Assembly (NCBI GenBank): GCA_965233585.1
Contig: CBDDTI010000328.1
Span: 1-52,646, forward strand
Direction of reading: 5' to 3'
Length of the DNA stretch: 52,646 nt
Source of the DNA: a bacterium
Lineage (GTDB): Bacteria > SAR324 > NAC60-12
The notes below the pieces were generated by a model, which saw only the letters and a program-made list of their open reading frames with translations, made no database searches and was not told where the DNA came from. The position numbers were made by a program, and so were the translations under genes. Below, piece by piece: positions 1 to 12,157 of the stretch (within the stretch, counting starts at the first letter, position 1; each line of letters begins with the position of its first letter).

Positions 1-1927
1 ATGCCCTCGAAGGGGTCAATTTTTTTAAAGTTGATCTTGGGGTCAGGCCATTCCTTCCTGGGGAGTTGAGAGAATGGCGGTCCCTTCTGCCACAGATCAC
101 CCATCAGCTCTTCCGGAGTACATCCCCTACTGGCTATGTCGGCGCTGTTCTCTTTGGTATTGATATAAGAGAAGGGATACCCTGAGTGCTGGATTTTCTC
201 CACCCTGTTCGCCACGAACGGGATAAGCATCTCGGGCCTTTTCTTTATCCACCACAGAGTTATCTCCGAATCAGACCAGCAAAAGATCTTCTCCTGGGGG
301 ACCTCCAATTCATTTTGGATCATCTGTCCCACCTTGGTACAAAGTAAGGCCACGGTGAGTTTCAGGCGCGGAACCGTCAACTCCTTTTTGGGGTTGATCT
401 TAGACTTGGCATAGAGGAATTGGGAATGATACTTACCATTTTCCTTCACCGGTTCGAGAGGAGTCCTGACGTAAACGACTACCCCATATCCCATGGTGGC
501 GGAGGCATCGCCGAATATGTGGTATTCCGATTCGTCGTTGTTCAGGACGTAGAGAGGGTACCGGACTTGAGACAACCGTTTGGTCATCTCTACCCAGTCA
601 TGCCATTCAGGCATAAGTGGCTCCGGTATCTTGTCCTTCCATCCGAGTCCTAGTATGTGGGTCTCTTTCATCACCCGCCGAGCGAGTAATACAAAGGGAG
701 CCAACCCTCCTAAGGGGTCGAATGGAGTGGCCAACAAGCTTGCCACCGCCGTTTTCGTGTCATCATTCTTCTCGTGGATCTACCCGTAACAGTCATAGAC
801 AATGTCATCTGTTTGGGGGTCCCACCTGACACCCAACGACGAGGTAGCCTCGCTGATGGTTGTAGGTCCTGCGCGCTCGATGATCTCCTTAGTCGGCGCG
901 CATTCTTCCGCCGGAATGTGTTGCAGGAGTTCCTTCGAATTCGTAGCCCACTTACGAATCTTGAACCCAGCCGCTCCCAACATCGACGTCATGCCCTCGT
1001 ACACCGCTAGGGCCTCATTGACGTCTTTACCCCCTGTGGTGATGTCATCAACATAGGTGTCGTGCTTAATGGTGGAGCAAACCAATTTCTCCACCTCGGT
1101 GATGTTGGGGTCGGCCATCTTGTCCTTGACAAGACGCTGCAAACTTGATATGGCCAGGAAAGGAGCATCGGTGGTTCCAAGGCTAACGTGGTGAATCTGC
1201 AGACCTTTGGTTCCGCCTGTATGTCCGTTGGATCTTTCCACAAGAACCTGAGGTAATCCCGATCCTGGACTTCCACCCCTATTTGGAGGAACATCTTTTG
1301 ACAATCCCCCACCAATGCCACTTTCCGAGTACGGAATGTAAGCTCTACAGCCGCGATGTTTTGCTGTAGAGCTGGCCCCGCCAAGAGACAATCGTTTAAC
1401 GACTTACCATTACCCGACTTGGCGGAGGCATCAAAAACCACCCTACATTTCGTGGTGGCCCTCTCGGGATCAAATACTTCCCGATGGGGAAGGTAGAACC
1501 TATCCTCTCGATTCGGATCTTGGAGTTCCTCCGGAGTTTCCCCTTAAACTTCTTCGGCGACCTTAGCCTTGATAAATTCTTCAACGGCCTCGGTGTACGC
1601 CTTACGAAGTTCGGTATTCCTCCAGAGCTTTCTCATCAGAGTTTCGAAGCGGGCTCTTGCGGACTTGTAGTTGTTCCTCAGTTGGGGTTTGTCCCTCCAC
1701 ATGAGCCCTGTGATGAAGCGTCCGGTCCTTTCATCTCGCTTGAGTTTTTCTTCGACATTCTGCACTGCTAAGACTTCATCTCTCGTAATGGATCCTAGAA
1801 TGTTGTCCAACGGCAGTTCTTCTGCCTTCAACATCCTCTCGACTGACGGGTTCAGTCTTTCCAGGTTCGTCACGTACACCGCTGATTCCCTCGTCGCCAT
1901 GTCCCCATTACGTCCACACGGAACCAA
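1..1927 (-). pseudogene. Pao-type reverse transcriptase and RNase H (Peptidase_A17-like) region, split by frameshifts
   Basis: ORFs 1544-1927, 1007-1441 (VFDASAK, SLNDCLLAGPALQ, GDCQKMFLQI, DRDYLRFLW) and 780-1391 (TYVDD, GFKIRKWATNS, LGVRWDP). Further downstream I translate FDPLG, IFGDAS, TVPRLKL, WSDSEITLWWI and NSADIASRG. Confidence 0.9.
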
Positions 1928-3064
1928 TCCGGAAAACGGTGTTTAAAACATAGAAATCTCTGCCTACCTTCTCCTTTATCCCCTTAAAGACCCTAAAGAC
2001 CGCGGAGACTCCAAGGAGTATGTCTACTGATCCAGCGGGTCTCGGGAACCCTTCGTTCAGTTCTAATTTTTGCATACGTGCACGGACTACGGGGTCCGGA
2101 TGTTCGTCGCAATACTTTGTGTCAAAAATACGCTCGGTAACGACGGCCGTGAAGCGCAAATTCTTCCTAATGGCCTTATCCTGATGATACAGGTTAAAAT
2201 CTACCTCCTCCATATCCACCATCTTAGTCCCCCCCAGGGTATTCAATTCAACTCGTACATCTCTTTTATCTCCTACCAATCTCATCCTATTACTGGCACT
2301 TACCGAGACGAAGGATGTAGTTGAAGCGGAGTCGAGAAGCACGCGAACATTCATGGGACGGCCTTTCTTGTCCCATGTCCGAGCCGACAGCACTGGTGGG
2401 ATCGAATACTCTTCTCCCCGAGGTGGCGGGTTCCCTTTGGGCTTCTTGTATCCAGCCACAGTGGTAGCTGAAACAAGGTTTTCAAAATTAGTGCACGTAT
2501 GTTTTACAGTATTTGTAGTGTTAGTGAGGTTAGTAACATCTACAGATTTATCAATTATTTCATTAAGAGTGTCTATCTCTTCGGGCTTAGCTTCCTTTTT
2601 CGTGTCTTTTTTCACGTCCACTAACCCGTTTTTGGGGTTCACTACGGAGGCACATAAGTCACTATCTTTTTCCCGGGGGAATCCCCAGGTTTGCTCCGCT
2701 CTCCCTTCTGGGTCTCTATCCCTGGGGACCCCACTCCCTCTCACTCGCTCTTCAAGTGCAACCACCAATGATGCTTCTTTTGGCACCCACTCTCGCCGCA
2801 CGGACCTTTCATGCAGTTCTTGACAAAATGCCCCCACCTGAGACAATTGATGCAAAGACCATCCTTTTTGGCCAATTGCAACATCTCCTTGGGGGCCTTT
2901 TTCTTTTTGCATTTAAAGGCCGGGTGACTGGTGGTGCCACAGAAACAGCATTTCTTTGGTCGCTCCCCGGTCGGCGCCGTCGCTTTCTTCCCCTCTCCCT
3001 TCTTTCCCACGTGAGTCGCCGCGTTCATCTCCGTTGAAGTGGCAGCAGCTTCGGGTTCTTTCAC
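1908..3064 (-). pseudogene. Gag zinc knuckles and aspartic protease of the BEL/Pao element, frameshifted
   Basis: CCFCGTTSHPAFKC, CINCLRWGHFVKNC and CGESGCQKKHHWWLH in ORF 2741-3064; VRVLLDSASTTSFVS and VDILLG in ORF 1908-2912. Confidence 0.88.
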
Positions 3065-3214
3065 CGAAACGGTTTCAGTCGCGAAGTTGGACGCAGTTTT
3101 CTTGTGTCCTCCGTTCCTTCCGTTCCCGTTCCCTCCTCCGTTGCGATTGGAGGAGTTCCCGTTGCCGTTGCCATTTCCTTGCTGATTCCATTTCCGTGGG
3201 TCAGCTCCGTGTTG

Positions 3215-4610
3215 CTAGAGCTTCATCTTAAGCTCTGCCTCCATGAAGTCAATCAACAACGTCAACTTCTTAGCGTCTCCCGGTTGGTCGAGAGGGACCT
3301 TGTGAAGGGTACAGTGACGGTACCAGTTTTCCATCACTAGGTCGGGTAGTTTCCGCTCGATGTCCCGGATCACCATCCCCGGATCCTTGAAGAGGGAATG
3401 ATGGTGAAGGGACAGCTGACGGAGCCAGTTGTTGGTGGCCTGAACGAGCTCTTGGAATTTCACGAAGTCATGGTCCCGACACTTCGGTAGTCTTCTGAAG
3501 GTTTCCGTAGCCGCGTTCAGTATGTTATCCGCCGACCCGTAGTAGCTTTCCAGGGTTTTCTTGGCAAGCTCGTAATTGGCCTCATTGAAGTGAATCCCTT
3601 GGATCGCTCTAAATGCTGGAACCTTGCAAGCAGTTCTGAGCTTGTGAAACTTGCTGATGGTGGACAGTCGGGTGTTCTTGTCCACCAAGGCCGAGAAGAT
3701 TGCCCAAAAGTTGGTCCATTGGGCGAGGTCCCCGTGATAGTCCGGCAGGGTCAGGTCTTTTGTCGAATCGACCTTGTCCGGCTTGGTGATCTTTCCGATG
3801 GCCTCGATGAGGCCCACCAGATCAACCCCAGCACCCTGTTGGAATCCGCTCAAGGAGTTCCTCAAATCTCTCATGGTCTTCTTCCTTTTTTCCTCGACAT
3901 CTTCCGGCTCCTCCTTAATTGGCAACTCCCCGAATTTCTTCTTTAAATAATCGCTCGCATTCGCCTTCTTCTCCTTCTTCTTCTTCTTTTTCTTTTTTTC
4001 TCCTGTCGTCAGATTCCGAAGATGATAAGTCTGAAGGATCGGTAGGATCTTCGTCAGGTGGTCCACCTCCTGGTGGTCCGCCCCAGCCCCCTGCCCCTCC
4101 TGAAGGTTGCCACCTTCCAGGAGGTTGATTGGGCCGGTCCTGATCGTCTCCCCTTCGACGCGAGCGACCTCTGCGGGGGTCGTTGTCTCCTGGGTCTCCG
4201 CCGCCACCTGCCGCTCCTCCAACTGTCTGTTGTTGACCGGGTAAGTCGCGAGCTGCCGTCCAGGACGGATTAGCCGTGAGCATGTCGTGGATCTTCAAGG
4301 CTGTTTTCTCCTCCATCCTTTTTATTAAGTCCTTCTGTTGGCGTTCAAAGTTTTCCACCAACTGGTTGATGTTGCGTGCCAATCGCTCCTCTCCTCCGGT
4401 TGGCGAAATCCCATATCTGGCCAAGAACTCTGTGGTTGCCCTCTTTTCCTGCCGAATTTCTTCCCTGATTTGTTCTTCCGTATTAAGAGCTGAACGATAG
4501 GGAAGGGTGTTTTCTTCTTGGATTGGCTGGAAGGGAGATTGGAAGTTCATCCTCCCAGCCGCTCCTCCGGCAGGTTCCGGCACCGCACTGGCGATCGGGG
4601 AGAGTGCCAC
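3215..4610 (-). pseudogene. Gag (DUF1759-like capsid region) with low-complexity N-terminal part, frameshifted
   Basis: ORF 3215-4222 has LPDYHGDLAQWTNFWAIFSALVD..ISKFHKLR..NYELAKKTLESYYG. It overlaps the G/P/S-rich ORF 3915-4610. Confidence 0.82.
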
Positions 4611-4697
4611 GTCTCCTCTCTGCGGTGCGGCGGTCCGCGGGGTGGTCTTCGGTCCTCGTCAGTCGGGCTCCCGTACTGAGTAGGGGGCCCTCCAATC

Positions 4698-6122
4698 CTA
4701 GTGGGGATCGATTACCCTCCTCTTGTCCTTTGGGGTTTGAGGTTCCTTGACCCTGGGCACCGGATTGGTGATGGAGGGATCGTCAAGTCTCCGTAGCTTA
4801 GCAGCTTTCGGAGCTACTGTTGTTACTGTGGTTGTAGCCGTTGTCAGGATTTGGGAAGAGGGTTCCAACTGCAGCTTTGGAAGTGACTCCGGCCTGGCCT
4901 CCAAGGCTATCTGACCCAGAGCCTTCCTGATGGCCTCGATGGGGATCGGGTCCGCCTCCGGTTTCTTGATTCTCACCATGTGCGTCTGTTGGGGGTCCTG
5001 GATGGTGGTGATTTGACGTTCCCTCTGCTCCTCCCTAAGTCTCTCTTGCTCAAGGACTCTGTTGGCCAACGTTTTCCGTTCTGCGTGGTAACGTGCCTGG
5101 TCCCGTGCACGTAGAAAATAGTCTCGGTGGAGTAGAGGGACATGCAATCCAGCCTGGTGCATTAACTCTACACACTGCAGCATGACACGGACAGGGGCGT
5201 GAGGTGTTTCCACCAATTTCATCTCTCGGTCCCGGACGAAATGTTCAAAGTTGCCGGGATGTCCGAGAACCGCCAGGATACACGAGATGACTCCCTCGAA
5301 GAAGAGGGTTCTGGCCAGACCTGTATATCTTGTCATGAACCTTTGAAGCTGTTCCGGGTTGCCTCCGGCTAGGGTCATGGATTCCCTGAGTTGGGCGAGG
5401 AACGTGTCGAGTGTTCCCCACATCTCTGTCCTCCTCCGGTACCAGTCGTCGATCCGGAACTCCCTGCGTTTCAGCATCTCCATCCCCACTTCCACGGCCA
5501 TGTAGTAGTACAGGTCTTTGTCTTCTCTCAAGTAAACTCGTACTACCTGGGGTATTCTGATGTTCTGGTCCATCCGTGCCAGCAGGATCATCCTTTCCCG
5601 AGCGAGGCTGTCGTCGAGGAGAGGTGACAGAATCGCCTCTTGTTCCGGCCCTGCGAGTCTGAAATTGACGCTTTGGTCGGCGGCCGACTTCACTAAAGCG
5701 TTGGCGTTGTCAAGGACAAAAGCTTCCAACACTGAACGATTCCAGTGTGTTGGGTTCCTCATTGCCTTGTCCCGCTCCGTCGTCATTCGCTCCGTGAGGT
5801 CGACTAACCTACCGTTTCCCTCAATAGATCGCCGGATCCTGACTTCAGTCTGTAATTCCTTGTCGGCGCTTTCCCGCTCGGAATTTGACCCTTGACTAGA
5901 GTAGTGCGGCTGTTGCCTGTGTTGTAGATGTTGTTCCGACAGACTCGGACTTTCCCTCACCGTCGGTCTGGCGATCCCCGTAGGGGCCGTTGCCGGTCGC
6001 GGCGTTTCGGTCTCCCGGACCATGGTGACATCTCTGTCCAATAACCGGGTTTCCTCCACGGCGGTGACCATGTTGGCGTCTTCCTCGCCCTGACTTTCAA
6101 CTACCTTGAGTCTTTGATCCAT
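4698..6122 (-). CDS. Uncharacterised ORF directly downstream of the PBS; probable long N-terminal extension of Gag
   Basis: Open for about 475 codons from MDQRLKV on the element's coding strand. No motif recognised. Confidence 0.5.
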   Translation of the reverse strand: MDQRLKVVESQGEEDANMVTAVEETRLLDRDVTMVRETETPRPATAPTGIARPTVRESPSLSEQHLQHRQQPHYSSQGSNSERESADKELQTEVRIRRSIEGNGRLVDLTERMTTERDKAMRNPTHWNRSVLEAFVLDNANALVKSAADQSVNFRLAGPEQEAILSPLLDDSLARERMILLARMDQNIRIPQVVRVYLREDKDLYYYMAVEVGMEMLKRREFRIDDWYRRRTEMWGTLDTFLAQLRESMTLAGGNPEQLQRFMTRYTGLARTLFFEGVISCILAVLGHPGNFEHFVRDREMKLVETPHAPVRVMLQCVELMHQAGLHVPLLHRDYFLRARDQARYHAERKTLANRVLEQERLREEQRERQITTIQDPQQTHMVRIKKPEADPIPIEAIRKALGQIALEARPESLPKLQLEPSSQILTTATTTVTTVAPKAAKLRRLDDPSITNPVPRVKEPQTPKDKRRVIDPH

Positions 6123-6269
6123 TGTAATTTTGACTGTCTTTGATTGTCTGTAAAATACTAACACTAATAAAAAGTTTTATCACTAACGCTAATTACTATA
6201 CACTCTATATACAACGACTCTAGATCCTGAGCTCTTCTGCATCGTTGGTAGTCCGGGAGGTTTATGCGC

Positions 6270-6287
6270 TTCCCGGACGATGCACCA
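6270..6287 (-). promoter_or_regulatory. Primer-binding site complementary to the tRNA-Gly(GCC) 3' end
   Basis: + strand TTCCCGGACGATGCACCA matches the invertebrate tRNA-Gly 3' end as I recall it (TTCCCGGCCGATGCA-CCA) with one mismatch. It lies 1 nt from the LTR boundary. Confidence 0.8.
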
Positions 6288-6288
6288 A

Positions 6289-6986
6289 TGTTGAAAGTCT
6301 GGCGGACGCTTCTTCGACAAAGCGGACCAGACGATCAAACAGCCTTCACTTTAATGACCGAAGGTAGTCAAACGAGAACTAGCCGAATTCGAAGAGACTA
6401 TAACCAGAGATCTTTTTAACAGAGCCAGCCTTGTATTTTTGAGAGCGAGAATAGATTAGAGTTATCACAAACTATAAGGACGGATATACGAGTGAAAACC
6501 TCGGACCAGTTAACACCATGGTTCCTAGAATACAAGTGTGAGTCTTGTTTCCAAACCCAAAGAGAAGCTAAGTCGGAAACCGTTACCCCTCGAAAGACCT
6601 GGTATTTCACAACGCATTTTATGATTGTTTTCTCACAAACAGTTTCCAGTTTCCAACCCTTTGGGGATGGGGAAAGTCCCGTTTACTATTCATCTCTTAT
6701 TGAGAGAAATGTCTCGACCTAACGGTCAGACGGAAACATCTGCCTGTTAATGATGCAGTTTTCCTTGGGGTCGTAAACGAAACTTCTAATCCGTCCAGGC
6801 GGGGGTGACGATTCCCGACTGGACAACAAAACTGCAAGCCATAAACAAGAGAATTGGGCACACCTGAGGGACAACAATTCGATTCACCAAAACCGTTATC
6901 CATGAATTTGGGTAGAGAACATTCTGAAAGATTGGTAAAGAATAATTTTCGAGATTGAAGCGATTCAATCTCGAAAATTTTCCACA
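6289..6986 (-). repeat. 5' LTR of the BEL/Pao element (~700 bp)
   Basis: Bounded by TG..CA with imperfect terminal inverted repeat TGTTGAAA / TTTCCACA. It abuts the PBS and is followed by an abrupt change to AT-rich flank. The partner LTR is not in the window. Confidence 0.7.
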
Positions 6987-7249
6987 CAAAGAAAAGGAAA
7001 AAAGTTGTTACAAAATTAAGAATTAAAAAGAAATAAGAGATTTACTTAATTGATGAAATTACTTGAAATCATCATTTTTTTTTGGTGCTTCAGTTTTTTA
7101 AGGGGCTGAATGCCTCTCCCCTCCGCAGGAGCTTGCAGAAATCCACCCAGAGGGCGGGGTATCAGCTATTTTGTTATAAGTAGTTCAGAGATAAATCTGC
7201 AACAGTAAAGGGTATTCCCTAAACCAAAAAAAATATATGTAATTCCTCA

Positions 7250-7553
7250 AGGATGTGTGGATAGCTCAGTGGTAGAGCATCAGCTTCGTGCCCCCTGGAC
7301 CCGGGTTCAACTCCCGGTCCAGGAGCCAAGGTAAGTATGAGCTGATGCTTTTTTGAGCTAGACCACATCCTTAGGGGGGAGGTTGGCAACTCCTGTAATT
7401 CTTGCAACTGAGAACACAACCTGCTGGTCAAGGGTGAGGTAAAGACTACAGCGCATATCTGAGACAAGATATGTGCTGTCATCGCTCTGAGAGCCATGAG
7501 CACCATTGGAGCTCGCTCGAGGGAATATCCCAGCGATCAATATAACAATAACA
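7250..7553 (+). mobile_element. tRNA-derived SINE
   Basis: A box TAGCTCAGTGG, B box GGTTCAACTCC and an A-rich (AAC/AAT) tail. Perfect 15-bp target-site duplication ATATGTAATTCCTCA at 7235-7249 and 7554-7568. Confidence 0.88.
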
Positions 7554-8699
7554 ATATGTAATTCCTCATAATCATCGGGCTTGCTGAGGAATTGAAATAG
7601 TCTCAAGTAACAAAAAGGTGTAAAATAAAAGATGGATTGTATGATACATATAGAGTTGTCATTATAAAAGCTGGTATGGAGGGGAAGTTGTCACTTTAAA
7701 AATTTACTTAACAATAAGAGGTTATGTGACAACTTACTTATTTTTCCTACTGGCATCGAAGCAGGTGTTGACAAAAAAATATAGAAAGGCATCATCACTT
7801 TTAAGGAAGTTGGAAGAAAAGATTTTTGTATTGGAAAAAATGTGTATTTCATCTCTCTCAACCAGTAAAAAAGGAGGAAGGTAAATCAAATAAAAATTTT
7901 ACACCCGAAACTTCTAATGTTGCCCTTGTCATCCTGCCAAAGATCATTTCTGTTTGCGTCCCTAGCCCTCTAACATGAAAAATCAAAGCTGTTGGACTTA
8001 AAGGTGGGAACAAAGTTGTTTGTGTTTCTTCTCAGAGGGAGAGGGATGGGAATAGAAATAGCTTTAGGGAGGCTGACAAGGGTAAAATTTTAAGATCTGG
8101 GGGTTTATACTATCCATTTATCTCTCTCATTTTTTTGGGTTATCTTACCTAGCTTCAAGAGAGAGCTCCTGATCTTTTTTATCTGTTTTTTTCTACCACT
8201 GATTCACTTACTAACTGTTTTTCTATTTTCTGGAACCTACTTGGGTGGCAAATGGCTGTCAAAACCTGGGGGCTATAACCCAAGAATTATTTGTCTCAAA
8301 TCATAGCTCCAATAGGAGAAATTTTATTAACTATACATTTATTTAGTGGTGAGGTGGTTTATGGGACAATTTCAAGTACTGAAGCCATAGAGATTGTTTT
8401 TCTTTTCCAAGACAGGTAGTTCACAACACAAAAAAGGTGGAAAAATTGAAAGAATTCTACTTGAATAAAAAAAATCTTTGTTTGTTGTGTCCACCTTTCC
8501 CTATTTTGGCACTTGCAATTGGAGTATAGACGTGGGTCGTTGGAAATTCCGCATTTTTGGGTAGTGCGCATCCCTTAATACGTTTTTAGTGGTCTAAGCT
8601 TTGACTGATGTTTGTTGCAAACGGTGAGCTTATTGAGTTGACTTTACAAAATAAAATTTTATACAAAAAACCCTAATTTTCCAGAACCTAAAATAAATT

Positions 8700-8866
8700 G
8701 GAAGATTTAAAGCCAAATATACTTAAATAATCACTTTTTTCAAATTATCAGAAAGGTTGCATAATTCTTCCATTGACCTCAGGAAGATTTAAAGCCAAAT
8801 AAACTTAAATAATAACTTTTTTTAAAATTATCAGAAAGGTTGCATAATCCGTCCATTGATCTCAGG
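8700..8866. repeat. Tandem duplication of an ~82-bp unit
   Basis: GGAAGATTTAAAGCCAAATA..AAATTATCAGAAAGGTTGCATAAT..TCCATTGA.CTCAGG occurs twice. Confidence 0.85.
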
Positions 8867-9431
8867 CCACATTTTTCTCATTTTTTCTCACCACTATCTA
8901 GACAAAAACATTGATTCACAGCTCCTGCACTTCCTGTACAAATTGCCAAAAAGGTTGAAAAAAGGAATCCTTAAAAATCCCAGCCATCATTGCAGTTTAG
9001 AGCCTAAAATATCCTTGGAATGATAAAACTTCTTCTATTCTTTAAATATATACTAAAACTTTTGAATATTTTAAAGTTTTAAGTGAATATTTTAACCTTC
9101 AAAATTGATGTGAATGTGTCAAATTTTTGGACAGGAAATAGAAGCTTAGCAATAATCCCTTTTTTCGCATTGAAGATCAAAATAAAAACAAAAATTGCAT
9201 GAAAACCTGTATCATGGTGGACAATGGTGGCTCAAATTCATTGCTGCATAACCAAAAACATTCAGCCCCATCTCACTCTTGCCTTTATTTAATGTATCAA
9301 GTAACAAAGAAATTAAATTTTTAGCTTAATTTGAGTTTATTTTAGGGTGTTTTCATCTAGTCAGGGTAAATTTTGGCAACGTTGGAGAGATATCCTCAAA
9401 AATGGTTTGCTAGCAGACCCCCAGTGATTTT

Positions 9432-9617
9432 CAGGGAGCAAGACAGTGATAACGGTGCACAAACAACCCTAAGTTAGGTTATATATCTATATTCTAATGT
9501 TAATATATACTATAATGATATAACCTAACCTAACCCGACCTACCCGACCTTACCTAACCTAACCTAACCCTTATATAGCGGGTCCTTTGTGTATTTTTAT
9601 CACCGTCTTGCTCCCTG
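9432..9617. mobile_element. MITE with 21-bp terminal inverted repeats and internal (TAACC)n
   Basis: CAGGGAGCAAGACAGTGATAA ... TTATCACCGTCTTGCTCCCTG (1 mismatch), flanked by TTT on both sides, with internal TAACC/CGACC pentamers. Confidence 0.8.
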
Positions 9618-9864
9618 TTTCCCTTGCATGCATATCATCCCTCATTTTATGCCATGCAGATATCTTACCCACATTGCCTAAATTTTACCCTCTGTGATAA
9701 TATCTGCCCTGGAGCGAAAAATACACCCCAGACATTTATTTTTCTCCTGGGGTAAAAATTACCCTGTTTTTTATTTTGGGGAAATTGCAACTCAATTGAC
9801 AAATAAACATTTCAAGAATGATATTACTAAAAGAATTTAAACAGAGTTTTGACTGAAAAGGAAA

Positions 9865-10355
9865 GTCCAATGCTTTTGGAAGGTTGATGGCTATCATGGT
9901 TGCAATTGAGGACAAGGTCATCAAGGAAGCTATGTTATTGTCATCAATGTCAAAAAGGACAAAGGCCATAGGCTTTTGGATGGTTGAAAATTCTCTATTC
10001 CGTCATGAAGGTCCTGCTGGCCGCATCATGAGCAGTGAACTATGTTTTCCTGGAAACTTGAATCATCTTGGAATCTCAGCTGCATCCAGTTGTCAAAGAT
10101 GGGTTGACCTTGTGTAGAGAAGATGCTTTTTTTGCAAGGGAGCAGCAAGACCATCATCGTAGCGGTTGAGGTCAAGGAAGCTATGTCATTGCCAAGAATG
10201 TCAAAAAGGACAAGGGCCATGTGCTTTTGGAAGGTTGAAGATTCTCCATTCCATCATGAAGATCCAGCTGGTCACATGCAGATCAGCCAGAAAATGATAA
10301 AATGGTGGAGGTGAAGCTGTGGACAATAGTTTCCTAGAGAATTCTAACATCTTGG
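9865..10355. repeat. Diverged direct duplication (~250-bp period)
   Basis: TCAAGGAAGCTATGT.ATTG..A..AATGTCAAAAAGGACAA.GGCCAT..GCTTTTGGA.GGTTGAA.ATTCTC.ATTCC.TCATGAAG at ~9921 and ~10172. Confidence 0.75.
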
Positions 10356-12057
10356 AAATAATACATAATGCAAAAGTAATGGAAATAATTAGTGATGGGT
10401 CCGATCTTTACTCGTACTCGATACCTGCCCGCTCGCACTAAATAAGGGTTGACGTTAGAAAATGTTTGATCTCAATTTCTTCCTGACGAGAATGCTCATT
10501 ACCCTCTCGATTTTTTGAAATACTCGATGGGTATTTTCGAGTATTTTAGAGCATTTAAGTGGCAAAAAAATAAAACATTCCAAAAAAATTGCTGGGATTA
10601 TAAGAATATTTTTGGCGTAGGGTGAGCAAAGCAAAGAGGTTATAGTACTAGAGGACTGGTTTATACGATACAGAAACAGTAGCACACAAAGAAACAGACA
10701 CTATGTATAACAGTGATTTTGAGATTAGGAGAGCTAGTCAAAATATGATTACTCTCATCTCAGCTGTTTGAAAAAAGGGAGGAAAGTAAAATAAAAATAT
10801 TGATCCTCAAAATCTGTCTATGTGAATCTGAACAGCCTGCCTGCAAATTTTTTGTTTGGAAGGAGCGAAAACTTCATCCAAATTGACTGATGTAATAGAA
10901 TTATCCTTCTAATTATCCTTCTTGCAAAGAATTTTATTTCAAACCATAAAACATTATTGAAGAATTCTGATCTGTAGCAGCACCAAAAAAACTTTAATAA
11001 ATGATAGAGGGCTACCACTTGAAACAGCAATTGTCTAGGCTTTCCCCAGGCAGGCTTGCTGGGGCAACACTAGATGTTAATGAGAATGAAATTTTAATTT
11101 TACTCCTGTCCAATCTCTTTCACCACCTGTTAAATTCAAGAGAAAGTGAAGGAACACAAACGTTGTGATCAAGAATAACCCTCTGAGAAGTACTCTGCAT
11201 CCTTTTTAGACCCTGATTGAATGTAGAAATTCTTGCAGAGAACAATTTTATTCTTCTATAGATCATGCCAACTTTCAAAACTAATTTCTTAAAGCTAATC
11301 TTGCTATTATAGGAGAGAGGCAGTCTTTGGGATGAGGTAAGAAGAGGACATTTTAGTACTTAGACCCTAAGGATGGGGTCAGAAATGGCCTGACAGGTAG
11401 GCAGTCTAGAGTCTAATTGAATGATTTTGAGAATCTTCATTTTTATTTTATTTTCCTCTCTTTTTCCAATAACCACTAAGTGGAGAGATTTGGATCATAA
11501 TTTGCCTTGCTCTCCAATCAGCAAATTCTCTCTACATACATAGTGTTTGTTTCTCTATCTGTGTTACCATTCCTGTATGATATGAATCAGTCCTCTGGTA
11601 CAATACTCTCTTTTGGTATAAACCCTAGATGGATGCCATGCACAGAACTTTGTTCTCTCTCTTAACTAATATAAGCTCTAAAACACTACACAATAGGATT
11701 GCAAGTTTCTGTGTTAGACGGCAACGTTTGTTCAAAGATTTTGGAGAAATTCATAATCAACAAAAATAGCAAAAGTATTGGTAGTAGCCACTTATGTAGT
11801 AAAAAGGAATATTTCCACCCTTACAGAATTTGCTTTATTTAGTACCATTGTGTAATTTTTCTTGGTGAACAGCTGTCAATGCTAAAACTTGCATGAAACT
11901 GATTTGACTCTCCTACCACTAATATATGATGTAGTCGGTTTCCCTAACTTACATGAGCGCACAAAAACATGCAAACAACAAGAATAATCATAAATAAAGC
12001 CAAAAATTAGCACTATCTATCTATTTTGCACAGGGCATTCAAAAATCATCAAAAAAA

Positions 12058-12157
12058 ATGATTGTCAATCACAATCACAATCATCGCCAAAAAGTGATTG
12101 AAAATCACAATCACAATCACAATATTAAGTTTGATTGTCAATCACAATCACAATCAT
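12058..12157. repeat. Short array of AATCAC hexamers, probably a fragment of a dispersed repeat
   Basis: Three clusters of AATCACAATCACAAT. Confidence 0.6.

Larger units (their letters stand above)
1..6986 (-). mobile_element. BEL/Pao LTR retrotransposon, 5' portion (LTR, PBS, gag, protease, RT, RNase H); frameshifted, continues beyond window start
   Basis: Minus-strand ORF fragments occur in Pao order: DUF1759-like gag (LPDYHGDLAQWTNFWAIF), three Cys/His knuckles, LLDSAS protease, VFDASAK..SLNDCLLAGP and YVDD RT, Pao RNase H region. PBS and LTR lie upstream. Confidence 0.93.

Noticed and set aside
7255..7330. Functional tRNA gene
   Set aside because: Anticodon and acceptor stems do not pair properly; it is the head of a TSD-flanked SINE.
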